A DNA stretch of 59,086 nt from positions 1 through 59,086 of the IMG/VR virus record IMGVR_UViG_3300034100_000010; one strand, 5' to 3'. The translations under genes were made by a program, and so were the position numbers. Below the pieces are notes generated by a model. The model was given only the letters and a program-made list of their open reading frames with translations. It was not told where the DNA came from and made no database searches. The stretch is from a virus (lineage: Duplodnaviria; Caudoviricetes). This document shows, piece by piece, positions 30,010-39,232 of the stretch; position 1 is the first letter of the stretch, and every line of letters begins with the position of its first letter.

Positions 30010-30840
30010 ATGAGGTATTTTTTGGCGTTGATGTTGTTTTCTGGTTCCTGCATGGCTGATATTTCGTGGATACCGGCATTTGCACCAGAAGCTGCTGTTA
30101 TCCCAGGTCAGGTTATGTACCTGAGCGCAGACGGTATGGCGAATCCTATTATTGGTGGCGTCCAAAACACAAGGGCGGCGAATACACTAGCGTTCCCAAC
30201 AGGTGTAACGGGTTATGGTCGCACCAACAATCCCGGCAATCAGGCGTTCGGTTTGTTTGGGCGTGCTGATCTATACAACTCTGGTGTCGCGACAAACGAA
30301 CTGAATAGTTTCAATTTTTCGGGGTATCCGGCAAGTGGAACTGTACCACCTAACCGAAGTATCGGAACGTCAGAATATCACCCAATACCTCTTACCGTTG
30401 CAGCCGGTGGAACGAGTTCTAGCTCGATTGGGATTCATGTCAGTCGAGAGGGGAGCGCACCCGCAAATTTCATACGCGGGATATATTTTAGCCCTGGGTC
30501 TGTTTCTGATTCTGCCATTCACGTTGGGGCAGACGGTGTCAGCGGTGGTCCCGCAAACGGTATCGTCATCGAACATAACGGGGCAACAGGGCAGGGCTTA
30601 AAGCTGCGTGCTGTTGGTGTTGCGTACCCAACACTCCCCATGTTGCGGGTGACAGATACAAACGGTACGGATGTCATGTCAATACGCCAGAACGGGACAA
30701 TGAGTTTCAATTCCAGTTTGGTGCAATCGACTCACGGTGTTGCGGGTGCGGCGCAGCCATTACCATCGAACCCAACCGGGTATTTGCGTATTGACATCGG
30801 CGGCTCTGTTAAGGTAATTCCATATTATGAAGCATATTAG
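30010..30840 (+). CDS. Fibre-like protein with signal-peptide-like N-terminus
   Basis: N-terminus MRYFLALMLFSGSCMA; G/S/N-rich body; C-terminal LPSNPTGYLRIDIGG..KVIPYY. Confidence 0.55.
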   Translation: MRYFLALMLFSGSCMADISWIPAFAPEAAVIPGQVMYLSADGMANPIIGGVQNTRAANTLAFPTGVTGYGRTNNPGNQAFGLFGRADLYNSGVATNELNSFNFSGYPASGTVPPNRSIGTSEYHPIPLTVAAGGTSSSSIGIHVSREGSAPANFIRGIYFSPGSVSDSAIHVGADGVSGGPANGIVIEHNGATGQGLKLRAVGVAYPTLPMLRVTDTNGTDVMSIRQNGTMSFNSSLVQSTHGVAGAAQPLPSNPTGYLRIDIGGSVKVIPYYEAY

Positions 30841-31897
30841 CCTACTTCTTCTAGCGATTACTATCTCAAATCAGTGTATAGCTGGTCAAAATGTGGTCTC
30901 TGGTAGAACATTTTATGATGCTACCGACACTTACGATCAAAACGTCTACACACTAGCTATAACTTCTAAATATACACGCGGTACAGGTATAAGCATCCCA
31001 GCAAACAAAGAATTGGATTCCATAAGGCAGCAGGATACCATAACTTTGGGTAGTGGTAGTATTTACAAGTTCGTAAGTTCCGAAAACACCTCTTCGCAAA
31101 CTTCAGATATAAATAGTTCGATGTATGGTGCAGTGCATACAGTATATAATTCTGGTGCTGGCACAACTAAGGCTGTGTACGGTGCAGCAATAGCTAATTC
31201 TGGAAGTTATGGGGTTCTAGGCGCGATAATAGGTCGTGTACATACGGTTAGTACATCTGGTGAAAGTTTTGGTTTACAATTGGGGTTTAATACATACGCA
31301 ACTGCCGCAAGACCGATAGATCAGGCTGTTCGTATCGAAGGTGACTATGCTGGTACATCAATAAACTACGGAATACTTATAAATAATTCAATTGCTGTAA
31401 ACAATTCAGGTCTTCAAATGTATGCTGCCGGTTCCGGAGACTTTCTAACACTAAAAGACAGTTCTGGCTATTCAAATTTGTTTAGAGTTAAACCAAACGG
31501 TAAGACCGAAATTGGTTCTAATGCTGCATTTGGTTTGGGCGAAAAACTTTCGGTTGCAGGGTTCGCAGCTATTGGGACTACTTATGGACCGGTTGGCGTT
31601 ATTGGTGATACTGGCGCTGGTAGATTGGTGATAGGCAGCACCAGCCAACATAATGTAGAGGTTCGGGCAGGTAATGTAGAAATTATGAGTATTGCAACAT
31701 CCAAGAATGTTATTGTTGGTACAAATCAGTTACCTGCTGATGCGTCTAATGGCTACTTGTGGATACCTTCATTTGCGGGTGCTCCAACTGGCGCTCCGCT
31801 ACCACCATACCAAGGCGCTGTACCTTTAACATTTGATCAAGCGAACTCTAAGTTCTGTGTGTACTCAGGCACGTGGAAATGTGTTCAGTTACAATAA
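30827..31897 (+). CDS. Fibre-like protein with signal-peptide-like N-terminus
   Basis: N-terminus MKHISLLLLAITISNQCIA; beta-helix-like body; C-terminal NGYLWIPSFAGAPTG...FCVYSGTW. Confidence 0.55.
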   Translation: MKHISLLLLAITISNQCIAGQNVVSGRTFYDATDTYDQNVYTLAITSKYTRGTGISIPANKELDSIRQQDTITLGSGSIYKFVSSENTSSQTSDINSSMYGAVHTVYNSGAGTTKAVYGAAIANSGSYGVLGAIIGRVHTVSTSGESFGLQLGFNTYATAARPIDQAVRIEGDYAGTSINYGILINNSIAVNNSGLQMYAAGSGDFLTLKDSSGYSNLFRVKPNGKTEIGSNAAFGLGEKLSVAGFAAIGTTYGPVGVIGDTGAGRLVIGSTSQHNVEVRAGNVEIMSIATSKNVIVGTNQLPADASNGYLWIPSFAGAPTGAPLPPYQGAVPLTFDQANSKFCVYSGTWKCVQLQ

Positions 31898-31906
31898 GGA
31901 TGTATA

Positions 31907-32305
31907 ATGGCTTCAAGAAAACTATCAGACCTTCATCCAGAATTATTTCCGATTGCTGAAAAGTTCTTGGACAATTGCCACACTGCTGGAATAGATATTT
32001 TAGTTACTTGTACACATAGGTCGTATAAAGAACAAGACGAACTTTATGCTATCAGCCGAACTATTCCAGGTAAAAAAGTGACTAACGCTAAAGCAGGTCA
32101 ATCTAAACACAACTTTATGCTTAATGGTAAACCAGCTTCCAAAGCCTTTGATGTTGTACCACTCGTAAATGGTAAGGCTGTATGGGATGCTTCCAATCCT
32201 ATTTGGCAAAAGATTGGTGTTATTGGAGAGTCTTTAGGATTGTCTTGGGCAGGTCGGTGGAAAAGCTCTATGCGCGAGTACCCCCACTTTGAATTAAAGG
32301 AGTAA
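31907..32305 (+). CDS. Endolysin, M15 family peptidase
   Basis: RSYKEQDELY, VTNAKAGQSKHN, AFDVV, WAGRW, EYPHFEL. Confidence 0.9.
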   Translation: MASRKLSDLHPELFPIAEKFLDNCHTAGIDILVTCTHRSYKEQDELYAISRTIPGKKVTNAKAGQSKHNFMLNGKPASKAFDVVPLVNGKAVWDASNPIWQKIGVIGESLGLSWAGRWKSSMREYPHFELKE

Positions 32306-32307
32306 TT

Positions 32308-32628
32308 ATGAAATGGTTCCTAACGCTACTTAAAATCGGTAATGATGTCCAACAAAAGGGGTGGTATGCTTCAAAAACTGTCTGGTTCAATATTCTGTCA
32401 CTTATTGCTGCTCTGGCAGCTTTAAAAGGGTTTAACTTAAATGCAGAAGATATTGTTACGCTTGCTGCCGGTATCTCTACTGTTGGTAACATCTTCTTGC
32501 GCTTTGCAACAGAAACCCCAATTGGTTCAAAGACCGTTCCAGCAGAAGTGCCAACTGTTACTGAAGCCGTTGATAATTCTACCACAAACACAGACAAGCC
32601 ATTTGACACCAGAACAATTATGGGGTAG
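32308..32628 (+). CDS. Putative holin
   Basis: WYASKTVWFN...NIFLRFAT pattern with two hydrophobic segments, next to the endolysin. Confidence 0.65.
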   Translation: MKWFLTLLKIGNDVQQKGWYASKTVWFNILSLIAALAALKGFNLNAEDIVTLAAGISTVGNIFLRFATETPIGSKTVPAEVPTVTEAVDNSTTNTDKPFDTRTIMG

Positions 32629-32672
32629 TATTGACGGGCTGTATTTGTCCATAACTTGCAAGGAGATTTAAG

Positions 32673-32900
32673 ATGAACTACGTAGTCACAATCTTTCAAC
32701 TAATTCCAGCCATTATTGCAGCACTTAAAGCAATTGAGGAGGCTATTCCTGGTACTGGCCAAGGCGAACAAAAACTTGCTGCTGTACGGGGTATGCTTGA
32801 AGCTGTTGATGGGTCTTACAAAACCATGTGGCCTCAGATTTCGGGTGTTATCACAGTGCTTGTAAACCTGTTTAACACTACCGGAGTATTCAAAAAATGA
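32673..32900 (+). CDS. Small membrane-associated protein in the lysis module
   Basis: AGGAG RBS; amphipathic helices. Confidence 0.55.
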   Translation: MNYVVTIFQLIPAIIAALKAIEEAIPGTGQGEQKLAAVRGMLEAVDGSYKTMWPQISGVITVLVNLFNTTGVFKK

Positions 32901-33490
32901 AACGCTTATTTTTAGTTGTTGCGGTAGCTGCAACACTCAGTGGTTGCGCTTCAGCAGATTATGGGCGTTACATAGACGCTCATATTGCTTCGCAAACAGC
33001 GAAGTCTAATGCCGATGCTGCAAAGTATAGGGCTATGGCAGATATTGCACAGTCTGGGGATACCACAGCTAAGGTAGCTGCCATGATGGCAATGCAGGTG
33101 CATAACAATCAAAACACTCAACAAATTGTAGCGCCTAAATCACCAACTGATACTGTTATGCAGGCGTTGGGTATTTTTGTCCCGGCAATCGTTCAGGGTT
33201 ATGGTATTCATGCAAACCAAAATATCGCTACCACGCAGTCTAACAATAGTCGTGATGTCGCTATAAGCACTAACTCGGCGTTTGTTGGAATTGCAAGTCA
33301 GATTCAAGCGCCTGCTGCTAATATGACTATTAACGGTTCTGGTACTATTGGATCAGGTAGTTATGCTACTGATACGCACGCCATTACAAATAGTTACAAT
33401 CCTGTCGATAACTCGAACCAAGGTAATCCGGTTGACAACTCAAATCAGGGAAACCCAATCACATACCCAACTGTGATAGCGATTCCGTAA
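32897..33490 (+). CDS. Lipoprotein
   Basis: Lipobox LSGC after a hydrophobic signal; duplicated NPVDNSNQG near the C-terminus. Confidence 0.7.
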   Translation: MKRLFLVVAVAATLSGCASADYGRYIDAHIASQTAKSNADAAKYRAMADIAQSGDTTAKVAAMMAMQVHNNQNTQQIVAPKSPTDTVMQALGIFVPAIVQGYGIHANQNIATTQSNNSRDVAISTNSAFVGIASQIQAPAANMTINGSGTIGSGSYATDTHAITNSYNPVDNSNQGNPVDNSNQGNPITYPTVIAIP

Positions 33491-33507
33491 TATAAATCCA
33501 GTGCAAT

Positions 33508-33535
33508 AAAAAGAAGCCCTCTTACGAGGGCTTTA
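33508..33535. terminator. Bidirectional terminator at the arm junction
   Basis: AAAAAG-AAGCCCTC-ttac-GAGGGCTT-T. Confidence 0.8.
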
Positions 33536-33601
33536 AAATACCTGTCAGAAAAGGGAGAGAAAGCTGACAAGTTTGAAGGAGTAGTTAAACCCAACTTCAA
33601 G
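33508..33601 (-). ncRNA. Candidate small RNA with C/U-rich loops
   Basis: Promoter TTGACA-17-TATACT (33635-33607), two hairpins, then the terminator; no ORF. Confidence 0.55.
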
Positions 33602-33631
33602 ATTTAAGTATAAGACTATTTTGGGCGTTTG

Positions 33632-33868
33632 TCAAGCGTTCTTGTTTTGTTGTGAACCTAATATCCCACCGGGTGCGTATATTTCTTCAAAATCACCATC
33701 CCACGGCACGAAAGAGCGTGTCCAATCGTGCATTGCCCAGTACATATGGCAGTGAGTACAACCTACTTTGCGCGCACCGTAGTTAAGTGTTCTCTCTACA
33801 ACATAACGGTGTCCGAATATAGCACAAAGAAGTCGTTCAAGCACTTGCACCCTCCTTACTCTCCACAA
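33632..33868 (-). CDS. Small hypothetical protein (LLCAIFGH...CxxC)
   Basis: Cys/His motif ORF overlapping the primase end; start uncertain. Confidence 0.5.
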   Translation of the reverse strand: MWRVRRVQVLERLLCAIFGHRYVVERTLNYGARKVGCTHCHMYWAMHDWTRSFVPWDGDFEEIYAPGGILGSQQNKNA

Positions 33869-36773
33869 CCTTCAACACAACTCCAGACATCGCCTGATGC
33901 CCGACATTAACCTGCCAGCAGTCTACTTGACCAGTCTTTGTGGTATTGCTGTTAGCACTTAATACTTTACGCATGTCAGCGTTTACCAAGATACCTGCAT
34001 TCATCAAATCGCGCTTGACTGCTGAGTAGTCACCAGAGTTTTTGGTGATCCATTGTTTGATTGCAGACCTTGAGATGTATGCAAAGTTGGTATCAACTTC
34101 GTTACGGATCATCAGGCTTCCGCGTGGTTCCCCGTTTGCATCTACCCAGAACGGTGTTTTCTTGTCACCTTGACCATTTACAATCAGTGTTGAACTGATA
34201 TGGTTGTTCATGAACTCGGTCAGAATGCCTGTTGAATCGTATTTAGCTTCCACTACAGAACCTCTCATTGATTTAAGTTGGTTTACAGCCCATTGAAACA
34301 CGTTTTCAATATTGAATGTGTTGAGTTCTAGTTTACGGCAAATCTCGCCTGCCACAATACAGCAAGACGCAATGTTAGACCAGTAGCGTTCAGGGATGCT
34401 AATTTGTGCAGCTTCTTCAAACCTGACATCCATTTCGTGAAGCCGTTGCTTAATTTCATCTTTATGCTCTATAACATACTTGACAAAAATTTCGCCAGCG
34501 TGGCCGTAGTTATCAAAAAGTTTGCCGAAGATACGTTTAGACTCACTTAAACTCATAAACTTCTGAGGGTCAATGCGGAACTCAAACACGCGCATTGACT
34601 GACCTGACATATTGAATCCACCAGTACCCAGAATGTCGTACATAGACTTGTTGGCTGTACAGGCCATAATCATTTTCCAGTGTGTATGATTGTCCCTGAT
34701 GTTGCCAGATTTGTCTGCACGGTCTTTACCACGACCTTGTGAGATGTTGTAGCAGAGTGCTGATAGGTCATCGCGCGGAATGTCTGTAATTTCGTCATAG
34801 GTGGCTGAAATACTGTTGTAAATGCCAACTCGTTCCATTCTGGAAATCATTGTATCCACTTGGATACTTAACATATCTTCAGGGTGCCCAAAGATGCTGT
34901 TGATAGTGTGTAGCACGGTTGTCTTACCACTACCTGAACCACCCATCATATTGACAATAGCACCATTATACTGAGTGAAATTGAACAGTAGTGAACCAAA
35001 ACCTACAAGGTGTCCGAAGGCATAATGTTCATATTCGGGTTTTGCGTAGGTGTTGACGGTTTCTTTCCAAGCCTCAAGTGTGCCTTTCTTGTGGAAATTC
35101 TTGGCAGTTGCTCTGAGTGCTGTACTCACACCACAATTTTCAACAACCCCGCCTTCACCAATAACCACTTCTGGTAACACGAACTTTGTGGAGTCATCCT
35201 GCCATCCAAGTTGTGCATAGTTGGTGGTAGCCTTAAAGTATTTCTGTAGTTCTCTGATGTAGTTAGACATATATCCTGACAACATGGTTAGTTTTTCTTG
35301 ACTACCCGGAATGACACCATTTCGGGTAAAAAGTTTTGATAGTGCCTTGGTGTCAGCAAGGGCTTCGGTAGGTACTATAAATTCTCGGATACCATCATGG
35401 GGCAAGTGAACTTTAGCTTTAACCATTTCTTCACAGTTGCGGTGATCCCACATACGTTCCAACGGATACATCTCATATTCATAAACTGTCTCAAGGGTAG
35501 ACCCGAAATCTGTAGGTAATGAAATGTGTACACCGTTTGCAGCACACTTGTACGGTTCTGGTGGTGGTATCTGCTGGTTTGGTGGTGCGGGTTGTTCTTC
35601 AGGTTCAACAAGCCTTTCTTGGGTATCTTCATTACCGATTTGAGTATGTTCGTTAATTGGTACACTAACCGGCTTAATGCTTGATTTAAGATACGGTCTG
35701 CCTAAGACTGCCGGACTACCAATCTTACCTTGATAGTCACAACCTCTACAACCACCTTGATTTTCGGATTCAAAACGCTCACAAGTATGTGGGTTGTTGG
35801 TGATACTGTCACGCAACATCATTTCAGTTTGTGCTTCAACTGTTTCAGGTGCTGCATCGTTCTCAAGCAATATCGAATAATCTGGATTTTCAGCCAGTTT
35901 CATAATACTAACCGCCGAAGCTCTGATGTTATACCCAGCAGGCCCACCAACTTCCTTGACATAAGCCATTTGTTTACACTTGGCAAACACCATATCAATG
36001 TTGATAGGTTCTCTTAGGTCTGATCCAACACCATCAAACATTGCTAGAATCTCAGATTCAACTTTAGGTTCGTGTTTCTTCTGTACGGATAGCCCATAGA
36101 AAGCTATAGACTTGTCTAGGATGGCTTCAATATCTTCTGACGGTGTATGTTCCCCATAACGGATAACTTTGACTTCTAGGGGGTTTGTGGGGTCTTTATA
36201 GTGGTGTGTACCAGCAACTCTTAGAACACTAGAGCGATCTTTCGCTCGTGAGGGGTCAAATTTCAACCCAAAGTGGTTGTAAACTGCTACAGCTTTAAGC
36301 GACAATTCAAACCATCTCTCGGCATCTATACTTTCTGTAAATGTCCAGTAAACATGTAGTCCACGACCCGAATTCACAACCGTAGGTATTGGCATACCTG
36401 AATCAGATACAAACTTCTTGACCGCCGATAACCCTTCTGCTTGGTTTAGATACTCATATTTTTTTACGCCATTACAATCCAAATCCAAGATCAGCGTTTT
36501 GTATTGATCCACGTTATCGCGTGTACGAACCTCGTAACCGCCTACGGTTTTATCGTAGTTTACCTTCTTAGGATTCCATACTTGTCTTTCCTTTAGCGTA
36601 GCAATGCCAAAATAAGTGTCAACATCCTCAGAATCACTATTCTCACAAAACTTTGTAGCGTGTTCGATAGACGTCACAACTTTTTGTTTCCAACCTACTT
36701 GCGCTGGTGTAGCAAGACAGAACAGTCCTGAATCTGGCAAAACATGTGTCAAAAACTTCTCGATGGCGACCAT
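33837..36773 (-). CDS. Primase-helicase (DUF927-type)
   Basis: LDLD and SGRGLHVYW primase motifs, Cys cluster, QLGWQ, Walker A GGSGSGKTT, DE, NYGHAG. Confidence 0.85.
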   Translation of the reverse strand: MVAIEKFLTHVLPDSGLFCLATPAQVGWKQKVVTSIEHATKFCENSDSEDVDTYFGIATLKERQVWNPKKVNYDKTVGGYEVRTRDNVDQYKTLILDLDCNGVKKYEYLNQAEGLSAVKKFVSDSGMPIPTVVNSGRGLHVYWTFTESIDAERWFELSLKAVAVYNHFGLKFDPSRAKDRSSVLRVAGTHHYKDPTNPLEVKVIRYGEHTPSEDIEAILDKSIAFYGLSVQKKHEPKVESEILAMFDGVGSDLREPINIDMVFAKCKQMAYVKEVGGPAGYNIRASAVSIMKLAENPDYSILLENDAAPETVEAQTEMMLRDSITNNPHTCERFESENQGGCRGCDYQGKIGSPAVLGRPYLKSSIKPVSVPINEHTQIGNEDTQERLVEPEEQPAPPNQQIPPPEPYKCAANGVHISLPTDFGSTLETVYEYEMYPLERMWDHRNCEEMVKAKVHLPHDGIREFIVPTEALADTKALSKLFTRNGVIPGSQEKLTMLSGYMSNYIRELQKYFKATTNYAQLGWQDDSTKFVLPEVVIGEGGVVENCGVSTALRATAKNFHKKGTLEAWKETVNTYAKPEYEHYAFGHLVGFGSLLFNFTQYNGAIVNMMGGSGSGKTTVLHTINSIFGHPEDMLSIQVDTMISRMERVGIYNSISATYDEITDIPRDDLSALCYNISQGRGKDRADKSGNIRDNHTHWKMIMACTANKSMYDILGTGGFNMSGQSMRVFEFRIDPQKFMSLSESKRIFGKLFDNYGHAGEIFVKYVIEHKDEIKQRLHEMDVRFEEAAQISIPERYWSNIASCCIVAGEICRKLELNTFNIENVFQWAVNQLKSMRGSVVEAKYDSTGILTEFMNNHISSTLIVNGQGDKKTPFWVDANGEPRGSLMIRNEVDTNFAYISRSAIKQWITKNSGDYSAVKRDLMNAGILVNADMRKVLSANSNTTKTGQVDCWQVNVGHQAMSGVVLKVVESKEGASA

Positions 36774-36833
36774 TGTACGCTCTTATGTAAATTTTATTTA
36801 AGCCGTAGACACTACACTAGATTGTGGTTTTCG

Positions 36834-37121
36834 TCAATCGCTAGATGTTGTGGTTTTCCTAATACTAAACCGAAGAGTAGTTAAGTCGTATCCTCGTGTC
36901 TTTAACTCCTCAAGCAAACTAGGTAACATCTTGCTGTATAATGGTGAGGCCGATGGGTCTGGACGCTGGGTTGCTATGTGATAGTGTAGCATTGCGCTGT
37001 CACGTTTCATGCTAGGTTCACCTCTCCACTCAAACACAATATCTGGGTTATCGTATGGTAATTTACCCCAATATACTCGAAGTTCATTATCTTTTAGGTT
37101 ATGTCTACGAAAGCGTTTCAT
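36834..37121 (-). CDS. Hypothetical phage protein
   Basis: 95-aa ORF ending SLLEELKTRGYDLTTLRFSI. Confidence 0.6.
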   Translation of the reverse strand: MKRFRRHNLKDNELRVYWGKLPYDNPDIVFEWRGEPSMKRDSAMLHYHIATQRPDPSASPLYSKMLPSLLEELKTRGYDLTTLRFSIRKTTTSSD

Positions 37122-37131
37122 TTGATAAACC

Positions 37132-37233
37132 CTAGTATTTTAAGGGTTTATGATAATTGCTGCAAGCCTCACAAGGCTGCATTGGTCGTAACATTGCACA
37201 TTCAGCGCAAGACATCCAGTATACTTTATTCAT
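37132..37233 (-). CDS. 33-aa CxxC-CxxC microprotein
   Basis: GGAG RBS; MNKVYWMSCAECAMLRPMQPCEACSNYHKPLKY. Confidence 0.45.
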   Translation of the reverse strand: MNKVYWMSCAECAMLRPMQPCEACSNYHKPLKY

Positions 37234-37246
37234 TTAGAAACTCCTA

Positions 37247-37280
37247 AATAAATCGGCGGAGCCGAAACCCCGCCGAAAAT
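37247..37280 (-). terminator. Intrinsic terminator
   Basis: GC-rich hairpin (TCGGCGG...CCGCCGA) followed on the minus strand by TTTATTT. Confidence 0.65.
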
Positions 37281-37298
37281 TTCAAACACTAACTTACA

Positions 37299-38360
37299 TC
37301 AATCCCATGCCAAGCTGAGGGCATCACCTAAATCTTCAGTCTCAATAACCTGTACCGGCTTAGGTTTAGCAGCTTTAGGCTTCTCAACCTTCTGCTCAAC
37401 CGGCTTAGGCTGTTCAACTTCTACCGCTTGTTCAGGTTGTGTGAACACGGCGGTTTCCTGAACCGACGTTGACGTCTCAACTTCATGAACAGCCTCTACA
37501 GGTGCTTGTACCGCTTGAACTGGTGCAACAGGTTTAGGTGCTGCAATCTGTGTACCATCACCTTTGTATAGCCCAATAAGTTTTAGCACTTCCTCACTGT
37601 TGATACGTGGTACGATAGTCTTCACTGTATCACGGTCAAGGAACTTGAACACTGGCTTGCCTTCTACCATCGTCCCAGACTTGAACAACAATCGTGGGTA
37701 GTTGGAGCTACTTGCAAACTTGATAGATGTTACAACAGCAGCAGGGTTATTGATACCGTTGGCAGCGAGGTGTTTCATATAGGAATCAAACGACCGCCAG
37801 TTGTCTTTCTCTTCTACCAAGGCATTCTCAGGCGGTTGCCAGAGACTTGTCACTTTCATACGCAGTTCGAGTGCCGGGAAGGTCGGCTTGTTACTTGGAA
37901 TTACGCACACAACTTTACCAGATTTACAAGCTACAGTCTCATTGCCCTGATCATCAGGCTTACCAGAACCCTTAACAGACATCTTGCATCCGGTACAAGT
38001 GGTTGAGTAGGGTTCTTTAACGTCTGGGTGCGGTGTTACGCTATCGTCAGACCAGCACAGCGGTGCTTTGTTAGTACCCTCTTCATAAGTCTCAAACATT
38101 GCACGGTTACGTTGACGTGGGTTGCCGATGTTTAGCAGAATCACATCCACCATAGGTGCTGGCATACGATCACCGTTGACATCCATAGTAATTTCGACAG
38201 TTTTACCCTCAACGGTCATTGCCCATACTTTACCGGCATAACGTAGACTGTTGTGTTTTTCTACAGGTTTCAGAACAGGCTCAATCTGCCCGAACATTGC
38301 TGCAATATCATCAGGCATTCCAAGATTATTTTTGTTAGTTGTTGTGACTTCATTAGACAT
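37299..38360 (-). CDS. Putative ssDNA-binding / annealing protein
   Basis: PLCWSDD..TP, CxxC..GSG..AC pattern and acidic aromatic C-terminus; adjacent to the exonuclease. Confidence 0.55.
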   Translation of the reverse strand: MSNEVTTTNKNNLGMPDDIAAMFGQIEPVLKPVEKHNSLRYAGKVWAMTVEGKTVEITMDVNGDRMPAPMVDVILLNIGNPRQRNRAMFETYEEGTNKAPLCWSDDSVTPHPDVKEPYSTTCTGCKMSVKGSGKPDDQGNETVACKSGKVVCVIPSNKPTFPALELRMKVTSLWQPPENALVEEKDNWRSFDSYMKHLAANGINNPAAVVTSIKFASSSNYPRLLFKSGTMVEGKPVFKFLDRDTVKTIVPRINSEEVLKLIGLYKGDGTQIAAPKPVAPVQAVQAPVEAVHEVETSTSVQETAVFTQPEQAVEVEQPKPVEQKVEKPKAAKPKPVQVIETEDLGDALSLAWD

Positions 38361-38509
38361 TTTGTGATTCTCCTTGAGTTTTAGACTTCTTGCTTACACT
38401 ACGATTATTTGAATCTCCTACCTGCCACCAAGCCTTTGTTTTGGTCAAGTTCTTGCGACCTTTGATACAAAACGGCTGGTGTGACGGATAACATTTTGCT
38501 TCTGACATT

Positions 38510-39196
38510 TTACTTCTCCTTAGCTTTCAAAACATCTACAATTTCCTGAACTTCTACTAAAAACTTTTTGATTTCTGTTTCAAGTTTTGCAATGTATTCT
38601 TCATCACGTTCGACTTTAACCACAAACAATCTCAAGTGCTCATCTTCAAACCTTGGGTCATAACTGATGAAGTAACAAAACTTTCGTTTAGTAACCATTA
38701 ACTGCATCTGAACCTGTGGAATATGTTCGTCAGGCATTTTACCAGATAAAATGATCTCTAAGTGGTTTTCTGAGTGCTTGCATTTTACCTCAACTGTTGC
38801 ATCTTGTCCAACAAAACCGTCAGGGCTTACACCAGATTCAGAACCGTCAGGGTTTGCCACAAAAGTTACAGGTTCAACCTTGACATTATACAGGAGCTCA
38901 AACTCTTTCAGTGCAGACTCTTCTTGTTCACGACCATGTATCATTGCCGCCGTACACACAGAGTCTGATGGTTTTCCGCTCAAGCGCTCAGAGGCCAATT
39001 TAACTGCATAAGTCCTGCGTGTCTTGGATGATTCACCTTTACGACCGTTGGTTAGAACCTTGAATACTTCAGACGCTGTGACCTTTCCACGTCGTTGCTC
39101 AAACCAGAAGTCCGAGCGTTGTCCTGTGTCGGTCTGTAGTTGTCCAAAAGATTCTTGGATGTAATCTGGAATTTGCACTTCTCGTCTCCTTTTCAA
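38510..39196 (-). CDS. YqaJ / lambda-exonuclease family protein
   Basis: QRSDFWFEQRRGKVTAS, AMIHGREQE, SPDG, EVKC, QVQMQL. Confidence 0.9.
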   Translation of the reverse strand: MKRRREVQIPDYIQESFGQLQTDTGQRSDFWFEQRRGKVTASEVFKVLTNGRKGESSKTRRTYAVKLASERLSGKPSDSVCTAAMIHGREQEESALKEFELLYNVKVEPVTFVANPDGSESGVSPDGFVGQDATVEVKCKHSENHLEIILSGKMPDEHIPQVQMQLMVTKRKFCYFISYDPRFEDEHLRLFVVKVERDEEYIAKLETEIKKFLVEVQEIVDVLKAKEK

Positions 39197-39232
39197 ACTG
39201 TACGGCTATTTTATACTTTATATTTTACAGTG

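Noticed and set aside
33521-33530. CTTACGAGGG shared by the junction terminator and the Ro60 leader repeats
   Set aside because: Only 10 bp, and its structural role differs in the two places; probably chance.
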